Virus record (IMG/VR): IMGVR_UViG_3300029915_000005
Strand: one strand, 5' to 3'
Length of the DNA: 64,000 bases
Source: a virus
In this document: positions 49,890 to 59,254 of the stretch, in pieces
Layout: the number at the start of each line of letters is the position of its first letter
Numbering within the stretch: position 1 is the first letter of the stretch
Translations under genes and position numbers: made by a program
The notes under the pieces: generated by a model
Told to the model about the DNA's origin: nothing
Databases searched by the model: none
Seen by the model: only the letters and a program-made list of their open reading frames with translations

Positions 49890-50339
49890 ATGAAAATAAT
49901 TATTATTGTTATGTCAATAATGTTATTCTTAGCATTGGGAATTTTCATACAATTTTATGTGGGAATTATTCCAAATAAAAAAACTGATTTATTGCCAGAT
50001 AATCCAACAATTGTAAGCATAAATGGAAAACAATGGTATATATGGAACGTAGATGATTTAGGTCAAGGATTTTTCGATCATCTAAAAGATAGAAAAGCAG
50101 TAGCAGCTACAGATTGTGAAAATTTTCAAATAATATATTCATATACTTTGGGTCATAGGGATTTGAGAAATACATTATGGCATGAAATTTTTCATGCTGG
50201 AGCTTGCCCGCATGATGCTTCTTATTGGAACAGCAAGAGTGATAAAGATGAAGAGCACGAAGGAATACAACATCTTGCAGATTTTATAGAAAATTTCACA
50301 AGAGCAAATCCAGAATTTACGAAATGGGAGATGCAATGA
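49890..50339 (+). CDS. Membrane-anchored HExxH protein
   Basis: N-terminal hydrophobic helix; TLWHEIFHA...EEHE. Confidence 0.5.
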   Translation: MKIIIIVMSIMLFLALGIFIQFYVGIIPNKKTDLLPDNPTIVSINGKQWYIWNVDDLGQGFFDHLKDRKAVAATDCENFQIIYSYTLGHRDLRNTLWHEIFHAGACPHDASYWNSKSDKDEEHEGIQHLADFIENFTRANPEFTKWEMQ

Positions 50340-50508
50340 ATACATTAAGAAATATTATTCTTATATAAGATTTGGGTGCAAAGTGCATGAACATCATTTT
50401 ATTCATGCTGGTTCTAATACTTTCAGGTGTGATATTAAATGATGTATTGCTTTGTATTGTGAGCAAAATTGGACTTAATTTCTTGACAAGGATAAAGGAT
50501 CATAGTTT

Positions 50509-51495
50509 ATGAATAAATTTTTATTGATCGATAGTAATCATCTCTTGCATCGGGTAAAACATATGATTAAAGGTACGCCAGAAGAAATAGTTGGCATGTC
50601 TTTACATATGCTATTTGCGAGTATTGGTAAAATTTGGCGGGTTCGATCTGGTACACATTTAGTGTTCTCATTTGATGGCAACAGTTGGAGAAAAAGTGTA
50701 TATCCCCCATATAAAAGAAATAGAGCAGAAGCTAAAAAAAAATGTACTCCAAAAGAGCAAGAATTAGATCAATTGTTTTTTGATGCTTTTGATATTTTTC
50801 AGAAATTTATTACAGAAAAAACCAACTGCACAGTATTATATAATCCTATTTTGGAAACAGACGATAATTTTTCAGGTTTCATTCAGGCACACCCAAATGA
50901 CTATCATATTATTGTAAGCAGCGATAAAGATTTTGAACAATTGCTTGCACCCAATGTAATTATGTATAACGGAATTGCAGACCAAACAATAACAACTCAA
51001 GGAGTGTTTGATTATAAAGGAAATGTAGTTAAAGATAAAAAGACCAATCTTCCAAAAGTTCCCCCAGACCCAGAATGGTCAGTATTTGAGAAAGCAGTTC
51101 GTGGGTGTACTACTGATAACATATTCAGTAGTTTTCCAGGAATTCGAGAAAAAGGAAGCAAAACAAAAGTTGGTTTGCGAGAAGCATTTGAAGATAGATA
51201 TAAACAAGGATTTGCATGGTCCTCAATGATGATGACGAGATGGCTAGATCATAATGGAATTGAACACAAAGTTTTGGATGATTATAATAGGAATGTTGGA
51301 TTGGTTAATCTTACTATGCAACCAGATCATATTAAAGAATTAATATTTGAGACTATTGCTGATGCGTGCGTTCCAAAGAATCGTTCGAGTATTGGAATAT
51401 TTTTTCTAAAGTTTTGCGGAAAATACGAACTAACCAAAATTAGCGATCAAGCAAATTATTTTTCGCAATTATTGAGTGCTTCATATCCAGAATAA
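50509..51495 (+). CDS. T4 RNase H-like 5'-3' exonuclease / flap endonuclease
   Basis: LLIDSN, FDGNSWRK..YPPYKRNR, ETDD, IVSSDKDFEQL, RG...DNI...PG. Confidence 0.9.
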   Translation: MNKFLLIDSNHLLHRVKHMIKGTPEEIVGMSLHMLFASIGKIWRVRSGTHLVFSFDGNSWRKSVYPPYKRNRAEAKKKCTPKEQELDQLFFDAFDIFQKFITEKTNCTVLYNPILETDDNFSGFIQAHPNDYHIIVSSDKDFEQLLAPNVIMYNGIADQTITTQGVFDYKGNVVKDKKTNLPKVPPDPEWSVFEKAVRGCTTDNIFSSFPGIREKGSKTKVGLREAFEDRYKQGFAWSSMMMTRWLDHNGIEHKVLDDYNRNVGLVNLTMQPDHIKELIFETIADACVPKNRSSIGIFFLKFCGKYELTKISDQANYFSQLLSASYPE

Positions 51496-51499
51496 ATAA

Positions 51500-51880
51500 T
51501 TGATGCTAACAAAACTACAATGGGAAGTAAAAATATATCAAGACTATCGTGATATTTATAAAATGGAACTTCCTATTTTAGATAATTTAAGTTGGTGGAT
51601 TAAAGGAAAAGGAATGCATCTAACAGCAGATGGATTTTTTAGATTTAATCAAGTAAAAATAGAATTTTATAAATTTGAAATAGATTATAATACTATATGG
51701 TCTGGATCAATAGTATTGGGATTGGCAAAAATGCCTTGCCCATATTATTGTGATCATAATAAAAATCAAAAGTCTTCTCTATTATATATAGTCGAACAAC
51801 AATATGCTGTTTTATTGAAAATGTTAGATTTGGACTTAAATACTTTTACAAAGGAATTTATTAAAAATGAAATCGTTTAG
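51500..51880 (+). CDS. Hypothetical protein
   Basis: GMHLTADGF...MPCPYY; packed in the operon. Confidence 0.55.
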   Translation: MMLTKLQWEVKIYQDYRDIYKMELPILDNLSWWIKGKGMHLTADGFFRFNQVKIEFYKFEIDYNTIWSGSIVLGLAKMPCPYYCDHNKNQKSSLLYIVEQQYAVLLKMLDLDLNTFTKEFIKNEIV

Positions 51881-52361
51881 TGATTTTTATAAAATAATGG
51901 AAGCAGCAGAAAAAAAGAAAGGAACATACTCTTCTTTCCAGTTGAATAGTGAAAGTAGAAAAAAATTGCATGATTGGTTGGAAACCAATAAAATAGAAAA
52001 TTTGGTCGATCTAGATGAATATCATGTTACAGTTACTTATTCTCGAAAAGCTGTTCCAGAAATTTATGATATAAAACCAAAATTGCCAATAAAAGTAAAA
52101 GCTATTGGTTGGGAAGTTTTTGGTGATTTGTTGGTGCTAAAATTGGAAAAAGATAAATTAATTGGAATTTATTCCCAATCTATAGAATTAGGAGCAGAAT
52201 CAGATTATGATGAATATATTCCTCATGTTTCTGTGGCCAAAAAATATACAGGAGAAGTTCCAAAGACATATCCAAAATTTTATATTACGTTGAATGAATT
52301 TAAAGTTGAAGAATTAGATTTTGATTTTAGTTATTCATTTTCAGAGGATGAAAAAGAATAA
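51867..52361 (+). CDS. 2H phosphodiesterase, Acb1 / T4 gp57B-like
   Basis: Two HxT/S motifs (YHVTVTYSR, YIPHVSVA), GTYS near the N-terminus, GAESDYDEY. Confidence 0.75.
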   Translation: MKSFSDFYKIMEAAEKKKGTYSSFQLNSESRKKLHDWLETNKIENLVDLDEYHVTVTYSRKAVPEIYDIKPKLPIKVKAIGWEVFGDLLVLKLEKDKLIGIYSQSIELGAESDYDEYIPHVSVAKKYTGEVPKTYPKFYITLNEFKVEELDFDFSYSFSEDEKE

Positions 52362-53005
52362 TGGAAGATTGGAAATCAACCCCGATTTATATAACTAATT
52401 TTAATAATCTGGAAAGAGGATTTAGAAAATTGGTTAATTGGCTTTGGGACGCAGGTATGACAAATATTGCTGTGATTGATAATGCATCAACATGGGAACC
52501 ATTGCTTTGTTATTACAAAACATCAGGATTGAATATTATCAATAGAACTTCCAATCTTGGCCATGATGCATTTTGGAAACTTAATATAGTTCAAAATACA
52601 AGATTTATAGTAACTGATCCTGATGTTGTTCCAGATGCAAATTGTCCAGCAGATTTGGTAAGAAAAATGCACGAAGTTGCTGATAGATATGCTCCTGCAA
52701 AAGTTGGCCCTGGATTACGAATAGATAATCTTCCAGATCATTATCATAGAAAACAATTAATGTTGGACAGTGAAGTAAATTATTGGACTAGAAAAACTGC
52801 TGATAATGATTCTTACTTTGCTCTTATAGATACAACTTTTGCTTTATATAATCCAGGATGGGGAATTTGGCCATCAGCGACACACATAAGGCTTGATTTT
52901 CCATATGTTATGGAGCACTTGCCATGGTATGAAGATAGCAATGCAATTAATGAAGAACGAGATTTTTATAAAAGAACAGCATTGCCAGGAATTAGCAATG
53001 CATAA
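52361..53005 (+). CDS. Glycosyltransferase family 2-like protein
   Basis: IYITNFN, VIDNAST, NLGH, VTDPDV, IDTTFALY, HLPWY. Confidence 0.7.
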   Translation: MEDWKSTPIYITNFNNLERGFRKLVNWLWDAGMTNIAVIDNASTWEPLLCYYKTSGLNIINRTSNLGHDAFWKLNIVQNTRFIVTDPDVVPDANCPADLVRKMHEVADRYAPAKVGPGLRIDNLPDHYHRKQLMLDSEVNYWTRKTADNDSYFALIDTTFALYNPGWGIWPSATHIRLDFPYVMEHLPWYEDSNAINEERDFYKRTALPGISNA

Positions 53006-53015
53006 CGGAGATTGA

Positions 53016-53510
53016 ATGAGAATCACTAAATTATTTAATTATACACAAACATCTGATCCATATGCAACACATATGAATATGTTATCTGCTATGGGAGATG
53101 ATGTAAAGAGTATTTTGGAGTTAGGCGCTGGCAGATATAGTACTGGAATGTTTTTGAATCGTGAATTATTTCCACTTTTGAAAAAATTGGTAACTGTTGA
53201 AAATGATCCAAATTGGGCTGCTGTTGCAAAAGTTGAAGATAGCAGACATACTATGATTGTAGTTCCAGAACCAATAGAAACATTTTTGGATTCTTTGGAT
53301 TTAGAATTGTTTGATCTAATTTTTGTAGATAATTCTACTTCTGGTGATCGTAGATGTGATACTATAAAATATATCTCAGAAAAAGTTAAGCAGCCATTAG
53401 TAGTAATGCACGATTTTCAAGTTCCTTCTTATGCGGCTGCTGCGAAAGCATTTAAGCATATCATTGTAGACAATCGACAAGAACCATACACAGCTTTGGG
53501 ATGGAATTAG
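53016..53510 (+). CDS. Class I SAM-dependent methyltransferase-like protein
   Basis: ILELGAGRYST, TVEND, FDLIFVD, VVMHD. Confidence 0.7.
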   Translation: MRITKLFNYTQTSDPYATHMNMLSAMGDDVKSILELGAGRYSTGMFLNRELFPLLKKLVTVENDPNWAAVAKVEDSRHTMIVVPEPIETFLDSLDLELFDLIFVDNSTSGDRRCDTIKYISEKVKQPLVVMHDFQVPSYAAAAKAFKHIIVDNRQEPYTALGWN

Positions 53511-53519
53511 GAGGAAATA

Positions 53520-54041
53520 ATGCACAGATCAGCATTGATAAGTGGAAAAAAGTTTTTTGATAAGTACGTTCAATCAGGAACCATTGTTGAAATAGGAAGC
53601 CAAGAAGTGGTTCCAGCACAAGGATCGTTACGACAAGTGGCATCTCCAAATTGCAAATATATTGGTCTTGACTGTTCTGCTGGAATTGGCGTAGATATTG
53701 TCACAGATGATTCATATGTATTGCCATTGGAAAATAATTATGCAGATGTAGTAGTGTCGTCTTCAGCATTTGAGCATATGGAACTTTTTTGGGTTATGTT
53801 TTTAGAAATGGCAAGAGTAGTAAAAAGTGGTGGATATATTTATATCAATTCGCCGAGTAATGGTTATGTTCATCGGCATCCAGTGGATTGCTGGAGATTT
53901 TATCCAGATGCAGGAAATGCATTGACCAAATGGGCTGTTAGAAATGGTTATGATCTGGAATTAGTTGAAACATATATTGGTGCTCCAGATGAAGATATCG
54001 CTCATTGGGAAGATTGGGTAAGTATTTGGAAGAAGAAATAA
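53520..54041 (+). CDS. Class I SAM-dependent methyltransferase
   Basis: VEIGS, YIGLD...GVDIV, DVVVSSSAFEH, RVVKSGG, HRHPVDCWRF. Confidence 0.8.
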   Translation: MHRSALISGKKFFDKYVQSGTIVEIGSQEVVPAQGSLRQVASPNCKYIGLDCSAGIGVDIVTDDSYVLPLENNYADVVVSSSAFEHMELFWVMFLEMARVVKSGGYIYINSPSNGYVHRHPVDCWRFYPDAGNALTKWAVRNGYDLELVETYIGAPDEDIAHWEDWVSIWKKK

Positions 54042-54070
54042 AATACCGCACAATTTGCGGTATTTTATTT
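54036..54070. terminator. Bidirectional rho-independent terminator
   Basis: aaataaaataccgca-caatt-tgcggtattttattt, 15-bp perfect stem between convergent genes. Confidence 0.8.
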
Positions 54071-54107
54071 CTTCTTCCAATTTAGTATATGTAAATTGAT
54101 TTCTCTT

Positions 54108-54383
54108 TTAATACTTCACGAAAATTGTCCAATTCTTCTGTGCCATAGCATTCCCAAGAAACAGAAAATCACATCTATTTTGTGCATCCCAACTCCATCT
54201 ATCAGCAATATATTTTGTTTCTATCAACCCATATTTGTAGTAATTATAAGTGGGTCCATCATTTTTATCAATAATTTGAGATGAACGAATTGCTTTAATT
54301 ACATTGATCTTGTTAATCATTGGAACCGTCCAACGCAACGTTACATTTAAATTATCTCTGCAAAGAATACGCATCATTGCCAT
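54108..54383 (-). CDS. Small protein with L7/L12 C-terminal-like motif (possibly truncated)
   Basis: NKINVIKAIR...GLIETKYIAD resembles KIxxIKxxR...GLxEAKxxVD. Confidence 0.35.
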   Translation of the reverse strand: MAMMRILCRDNLNVTLRWTVPMINKINVIKAIRSSQIIDKNDGPTYNYYKYGLIETKYIADRWSWDAQNRCDFLFLGNAMAQKNWTIFVKY

Positions 54384-54614
54384 TCCTGATGCATCCCCTA
54401 GACATGCATCTATATTATTGAATAATTCTGACGCAAGATTGGGTCCATATGCATTTTTAAAACAGACCTCATTTTTAAACCAGATTCAACAATACAGTTA
54501 AGCTGGCTTTCGTCAATTCTGGATGATTTTCGCGCATGTAAAAATATTATCAAACTTTGGAATAAAATCAACATAAATATTGACAAATAAATTTATTTAG
54601 GATATTCTTTATAT

Positions 54615-55382
54615 ATGAATGAAAAAGAACAACTAGCTGCTGTTCAACAAAATGGTTGGGCAATTGAATACATCAGAAATCCAAGCGAAGCTGTGCAACT
54701 GGCTGCTGTTCAACAAAATGGTTGTGCAATTTACCACATCAGCAAGCCAAGCGAAGCTGTGCAACTGGCTGCTGTTCAACAAAATGGTTGTGCAATTGAA
54801 TACATCAGAAATCCAAGCAAAGCTGTGCAACTAGCTGCTGTTCAACAAAATGGTTGGGCAATTGAATACATCAGAAATCCAAGCGAAGCTGTGCAACTAG
54901 CTGCTGTTCAACAAAATGGTTATGCAATTGAATACATCAGAAATCCAAGCGAAGCTGTGCAACTGGCTGCTGTTCAACAAAATGGTTATGCAATTCGAGG
55001 CATCAGCAAGCCAAGCGAAGCTGTGCAACTGGCTGCTGTTCAACGAAATGGTTGGGCAATTGAATACATCAGAAATCCAAGCGAAGCTGTGCAACTAGCT
55101 GCTGTTCAACAAAATGGTTGTGCAATTTACCACATCAGCAAGCCAAGCGAAGCTGTGCAACTGGCTGCTGTTCAACAAAATGGTTGTGCAATTAAATACA
55201 TCAGGAATCCAAGCGAAGCTGTGCAACTGGCTGCTGTTCAAGAAGATGGTTGGGCAATTTGCTACATCGACAAGCCAAGCGAAGCTGTGCAACTGGCTGC
55301 TATTCAACGAAATTATCAGGCAATTCAACACATAAAAAAGCCAACAATTAATGTCAAATTAATGGCTAAATTGCTGTCTTAA
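54615..55382 (+). CDS. DUF4116-like tandem-repeat protein (11 x 22 aa)
   Basis: 66-nt tandem repeats encoding QLAAVQQNGxAIxxIxxPSEAV; promoter TTGACA(54580)-N17-TATTCT, ATG 6 nt later. Confidence 0.8.
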   Translation: MNEKEQLAAVQQNGWAIEYIRNPSEAVQLAAVQQNGCAIYHISKPSEAVQLAAVQQNGCAIEYIRNPSKAVQLAAVQQNGWAIEYIRNPSEAVQLAAVQQNGYAIEYIRNPSEAVQLAAVQQNGYAIRGISKPSEAVQLAAVQRNGWAIEYIRNPSEAVQLAAVQQNGCAIYHISKPSEAVQLAAVQQNGCAIKYIRNPSEAVQLAAVQEDGWAICYIDKPSEAVQLAAIQRNYQAIQHIKKPTINVKLMAKLLS

Positions 55383-55442
55383 AATATTCAAAACAAAGCA
55401 CTTATTGTTAACAAATAAATTTATTTAGGATATTTTTTATAT

Positions 55443-55682
55443 ATGAATGAAAAAGCACAAATGGCTGCTGTTCAACAAAATGGTTATGCAATTGAATACA
55501 TCAGCAAGCCAAGCAAAGCTGTGCAAATGGCTGCTGTTCAACGAAATTATCGTGCAATTCAATACATCGACAAGCCAAGCAAAGCTGTGCAAATGGCTGC
55601 TGTTCAACAAAATGGTTGGGCAATTGAATATATAAAAAATCCAACAGAAACAGCAAAATTGGCATCAAAAAGAAACTCTTGA
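55443..55682 (+). CDS. Short DUF4116-like repeat protein (3 repeats), tandem duplicate
   Basis: Same repeats; the upstream ~35 bp is nearly identical to that of 54615. Confidence 0.7.
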   Translation: MNEKAQMAAVQQNGYAIEYISKPSKAVQMAAVQRNYRAIQYIDKPSKAVQMAAVQQNGWAIEYIKNPTETAKLASKRNS

Positions 55683-55914
55683 CAATCATCCCAAACTTTG
55701 TTATGCTATATTTGTAGTCGAAAGGACATGAAATGCGTAATCTTTACAACAGTGTTGGAGTCTGGTATTTGACAAACGTTTTTCCAACTGTTCTACAAAT
55801 CAGTCTATCCTTTTAAAATCAACAACTTAGCCTGTGGAAAAGAAAAGCTTGACAAACAACCCAAACATTGATACCATTAAAGAGTAGCAAAAATACGAAA
55901 GGATAACACAAAAA

Positions 55915-57105
55915 ATGGCAAAGATTGACACAACTGCATCGTACACGCTGAATGAATTGGTTCCTCTGATCAAGCGATGCTTGAAGAAACAGCGCCCGCT
56001 TTTTCTGTGGTCTGGTCCTGGAATTGGCAAGTCGTCAGTTATAGCGCAAATTGCCAAGCTTCTTGGTGGAATTTCTATTGATCTTCGTTTGAGTCAGATG
56101 CAGCAATCTGATCTCATTGGTATTCCATATTTAAATCCAACTGCAAATAACGGTGCTGGCGCTATGCGCTGGGCGCCTGACGAGCGTATGCCGACTGCTG
56201 AATTTGCTGCTGAGTATCCAATTGTCATTTTGTTTTTGGACGAAATGAATAGTGCTGCTCCTGCTGTGCAAGCTTCTGCATATCAGTTGGTTCAAGACCG
56301 AGCTGCTGGAACGTATAAGCTTCCTGACAATGTGGTTATTGTCGCCGCTGGAAATCGTGAGACAGACCGCGGAGTAACTTTCCGTATGCCTTCTCCGCTT
56401 GCAAATCGTTTTGTTCACTTTCAAGTTAAGCCTGATTTTGATTCTTGGTTGGATTGGGCTTTGAGCGAAAATATCAATCCTGATGTTGTTGCTTTTTTGT
56501 CAACCTTCAAAGACAAGTTGTATGAGTTTGATCCTACGAGCGCTGATAAGTCTTTTCCGACTCCGCGTAGTTGGGAATTTGTAAGCCAGCTTATCACTAC
56601 TGATAAAGATGAAGCTTCTCTGTCAGATAGTGTAATTCGAGATTTGGTTGCATCTGCTGTTGGTTCTGGTACCGCTACATCGTTCATGGCGTATATGAAG
56701 ATTGGCAAGACTCTTCCACATCCTGCTGATATTCTGTCTGGTAAAGTGACAGAGATTAAGACAACTGAAATCAGCGCACATTATCAGATCATTATGAGCA
56801 TGTTGTACGAGTTGCGTAATTTTTGGTTTGATCACAGCGATGGGACTGGTGTTATGGAAAAGGTAGCAGATCGCCAAGTTGAAAAGCGTGATTGGCGCAC
56901 GGACAAGCCATATTTGAAGACTTGGGCTACAATGCTTGAGAATTTTAACAATTTTGTTCTTACGCAAGTGAAGACTGAAGTTGGAATTATGGCAGTTCGT
57001 ATGGCTTTCAAGAATTACAATTTCATGAAGTCTATGCCAATGACCAATTTGAAGTCTTGGACCAAGATCGCAGAGCAGTGGGGAAAGTTTATCTTCTCTG
57101 CTTAA
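55915..57105 (+). CDS. MoxR-like AAA+ ATPase
   Basis: SGPGIGKS, IDLRLSQ, LFLDEMN, AAGNR, PLANRF, TPRSWE; promoter TTGACA(55849)-N17-TACCAT. Confidence 0.85.
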   Translation: MAKIDTTASYTLNELVPLIKRCLKKQRPLFLWSGPGIGKSSVIAQIAKLLGGISIDLRLSQMQQSDLIGIPYLNPTANNGAGAMRWAPDERMPTAEFAAEYPIVILFLDEMNSAAPAVQASAYQLVQDRAAGTYKLPDNVVIVAAGNRETDRGVTFRMPSPLANRFVHFQVKPDFDSWLDWALSENINPDVVAFLSTFKDKLYEFDPTSADKSFPTPRSWEFVSQLITTDKDEASLSDSVIRDLVASAVGSGTATSFMAYMKIGKTLPHPADILSGKVTEIKTTEISAHYQIIMSMLYELRNFWFDHSDGTGVMEKVADRQVEKRDWRTDKPYLKTWATMLENFNNFVLTQVKTEVGIMAVRMAFKNYNFMKSMPMTNLKSWTKIAEQWGKFIFSA

Positions 57106-57113
57106 TCAAACCA

Positions 57114-57156
57114 AAAACCAGAAATTTGACAGTCCAATAGTCAAATTTCTGGTTTT
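57114..57156 (+). terminator. Putative terminator
   Basis: aaaaccagaaatttgac-N9-gtcaaatttctggtttt inverted repeat. Confidence 0.65.
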
Positions 57157-57363
57157 TAACTTGTTGATTCTAAAGGGACAAAATTGGCTAAATTGCCCTA
57201 TAACCCGCTCTAAGCCCCTCAGACATGTCCAAGTGCCATAAAGCAAATAATATTGCTTAAAAGGCATTTTTAAGCTCTTTGTTTTGTGTTTGTTACAAAT
57301 TGTTGATTGCAAAGCACTTATTTTCTTATTGACATTTAACTTGAAAGCGAGTAATATTTAACT

Positions 57364-58740
57364 ATGGCAAACACATTAAACAAGAATCAATCTCCAGAAA
57401 AGCTTGGTCGTATTACTGATCAACCAATTCCGCATGAGTTGGCAGTTCGTGTTGCAGACAAGATCACGCAGGCTCGGGTAAGTATGTTGTTCAATCAGCA
57501 ATTTTTTGGAACAATCGCAATGCGCATGGAACTAATGCCTGCTGATAAATGGTTGCCAACCATGGCAGTTGACGGCAAGTATATGTATTATAATCATAAT
57601 TTTGTTGATGAATTGTTTCAAGACGAGCTGATTTTTGTGGTATCTCATGAAGTTCTTCATTTGGTTTATGACCATTTGGGAAGAAATGAGTTTCGTGACC
57701 GTCAGCTTTACAATATTGCTGCTGATTATGTCGTGAATGATGAATTGATCTTGGCTAAAGTTGGAAAATTTCCAACTCATAAAATCCAGAAAAAGGACTC
57801 TTATGGTTCGATGCGAACAGTCGAAGAGCCAATTGGTTTGCATGATGTAAAATATCGTGACTGGAACAGCGAGAAAGTCTATGACGATCTTTTGCAACAG
57901 CAGGAGAAAAATGGCTCTGGCAAGGGTAAAAATTCTGATGGTAGTGGAACTATGAATGGTCAGGGTTTAAGCGAATTGCTTGATAAGTTGCTGGATGAGC
58001 ATATTTCTCCTGGTGCTGGAAAAGATGGAGAACCGTCAAAGTCTGATGGAAAAGCGAGTGCAGATGGTCCTGCGACATTTGGAGATGAAGAACGCAAGCA
58101 ATTGAAAGCAGAGTTGACGGACCAGATTGTAAATTTGGCCAAGTCTTGTAATCCTGGAAATTTGCCGTCTGGTGTTCAAAGAATTATTGAACAAATGACA
58201 GCACCAAAGATGGATTGGAGAGCATTATTGCAGTCCAATCTCGATAGCATTCTTCCTATTGACTATAACTATATGAAAATTAGTAGAAAGAGTACTCATC
58301 TCAATGTAATTCTTCCTGGGATTGTCAATGATCAGTTGCTGAATATCGCAGTTGCAATTGATATGTCAGGAAGTATTGGAGAGAAAGAAGCTGCTGAATT
58401 TTTGAGTGAAATCAATGGAATTATGGGACAATACCAATCCTATGAAATTTTGGTTTTTTGTTTTGATACCAAGTGTTATAATCAACAGATATATTCTTCA
58501 GATAATGGAGAAAATATTAATACATATGTTCCAATGGGCGGCGGTGGAACTGATGGTTCCTGCATTTTTGAGTATTTGAAAAATGAAGGAATTGAGCCAA
58601 TGAAACTTGTGGTTTTCACTGATGGTTATGTTGGAAACTGGGGCGATGAATTCTATTGTCCGACAATTTGGTGCATCAAGGGAAGTAAAGAAGTTCCTCC
58701 ATTTGGACAGGTAGCTTATTTGGATGATCAAATGAACTAA
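57364..58740 (+). CDS. DUF2201-like metallopeptidase + vWA domain protein
   Basis: TMAVDG, HEVLH, NIAADYVVN; vWA AIDMSGSI, GGGGTD, VFTDGY; partner of the MoxR ATPase. Confidence 0.85.
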   Translation: MANTLNKNQSPEKLGRITDQPIPHELAVRVADKITQARVSMLFNQQFFGTIAMRMELMPADKWLPTMAVDGKYMYYNHNFVDELFQDELIFVVSHEVLHLVYDHLGRNEFRDRQLYNIAADYVVNDELILAKVGKFPTHKIQKKDSYGSMRTVEEPIGLHDVKYRDWNSEKVYDDLLQQQEKNGSGKGKNSDGSGTMNGQGLSELLDKLLDEHISPGAGKDGEPSKSDGKASADGPATFGDEERKQLKAELTDQIVNLAKSCNPGNLPSGVQRIIEQMTAPKMDWRALLQSNLDSILPIDYNYMKISRKSTHLNVILPGIVNDQLLNIAVAIDMSGSIGEKEAAEFLSEINGIMGQYQSYEILVFCFDTKCYNQQIYSSDNGENINTYVPMGGGGTDGSCIFEYLKNEGIEPMKLVVFTDGYVGNWGDEFYCPTIWCIKGSKEVPPFGQVAYLDDQMN

Positions 58741-58761
58741 TTTTTGAAATATTGAATTAGA

Positions 58762-58800
58762 AATAAAAAATCCACTCTAAATTAGAGTGGATTTTTTATT
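58762..58800. terminator. Bidirectional terminator
   Basis: aataaaaaatccactctaa-a-ttagagtggattttttatt perfect palindrome. Confidence 0.75.
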
Positions 58801-59105
58801 TCTTGGTTGTGTAATAAGGCAGAAAACATTTTAGCTTTAATTTTTCCTTCAAACATTTTGGTAAGTAGATGATGGCAAATAAAATGTTCTTTGGCAGTAA
58901 GAAAAACTTGATTTTCTTTTATTTTGGGATGTACTAATCCGAAAGATTTTGGAATTATGTGATGAGACTCGATATAGCCAAGTGTGGATTTGACAATTTT
59001 TTTATTTGTTCCACGAAAAATTGCTTTAGAACAAATATTGATATAAATTTTAGTATATTTGTTAAATATAGCAATATTTTGAATTTGAGATATATAAATA
59101 GACAT
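58782..59105 (-). pseudogene. HNH homing endonuclease, probably C-terminally truncated
   Basis: YIESHHIIPKS...ENQVFLTAKEHFICHHLL; ends inside the terminator palindrome with no DNA-binding tail. Confidence 0.65.
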
Positions 59106-59170
59106 ATGCTGGTGTCCTATGAGACATTAGAATTGGTGGGTGATCTTAACACCGCGACCAATAATATTTA
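59093..59170 (+). ncRNA. Two-hairpin structured element, copy 3
   Basis: TATAAATA; CTGGTGTC-ctatga-GACATTAG; ATTGGT-G-GGTG-loop-CACC-GCG-ACCAAT; TATTTA. Confidence 0.6.
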
Positions 59171-59254
59171 TCTTGACAAAATATAATTTATGCTCTAATA
59201 TTAAAGATATACAAGTTTAGAAAAGATAAATAAACACAGGAGAAACAAAACAAT

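Noticed and set aside
54615-55682. Diversity-generating retroelement acting on the DUF4116 repeats
   Set aside because: No reverse transcriptase in the window, no template/variable pair, and differences are not adenine-specific.
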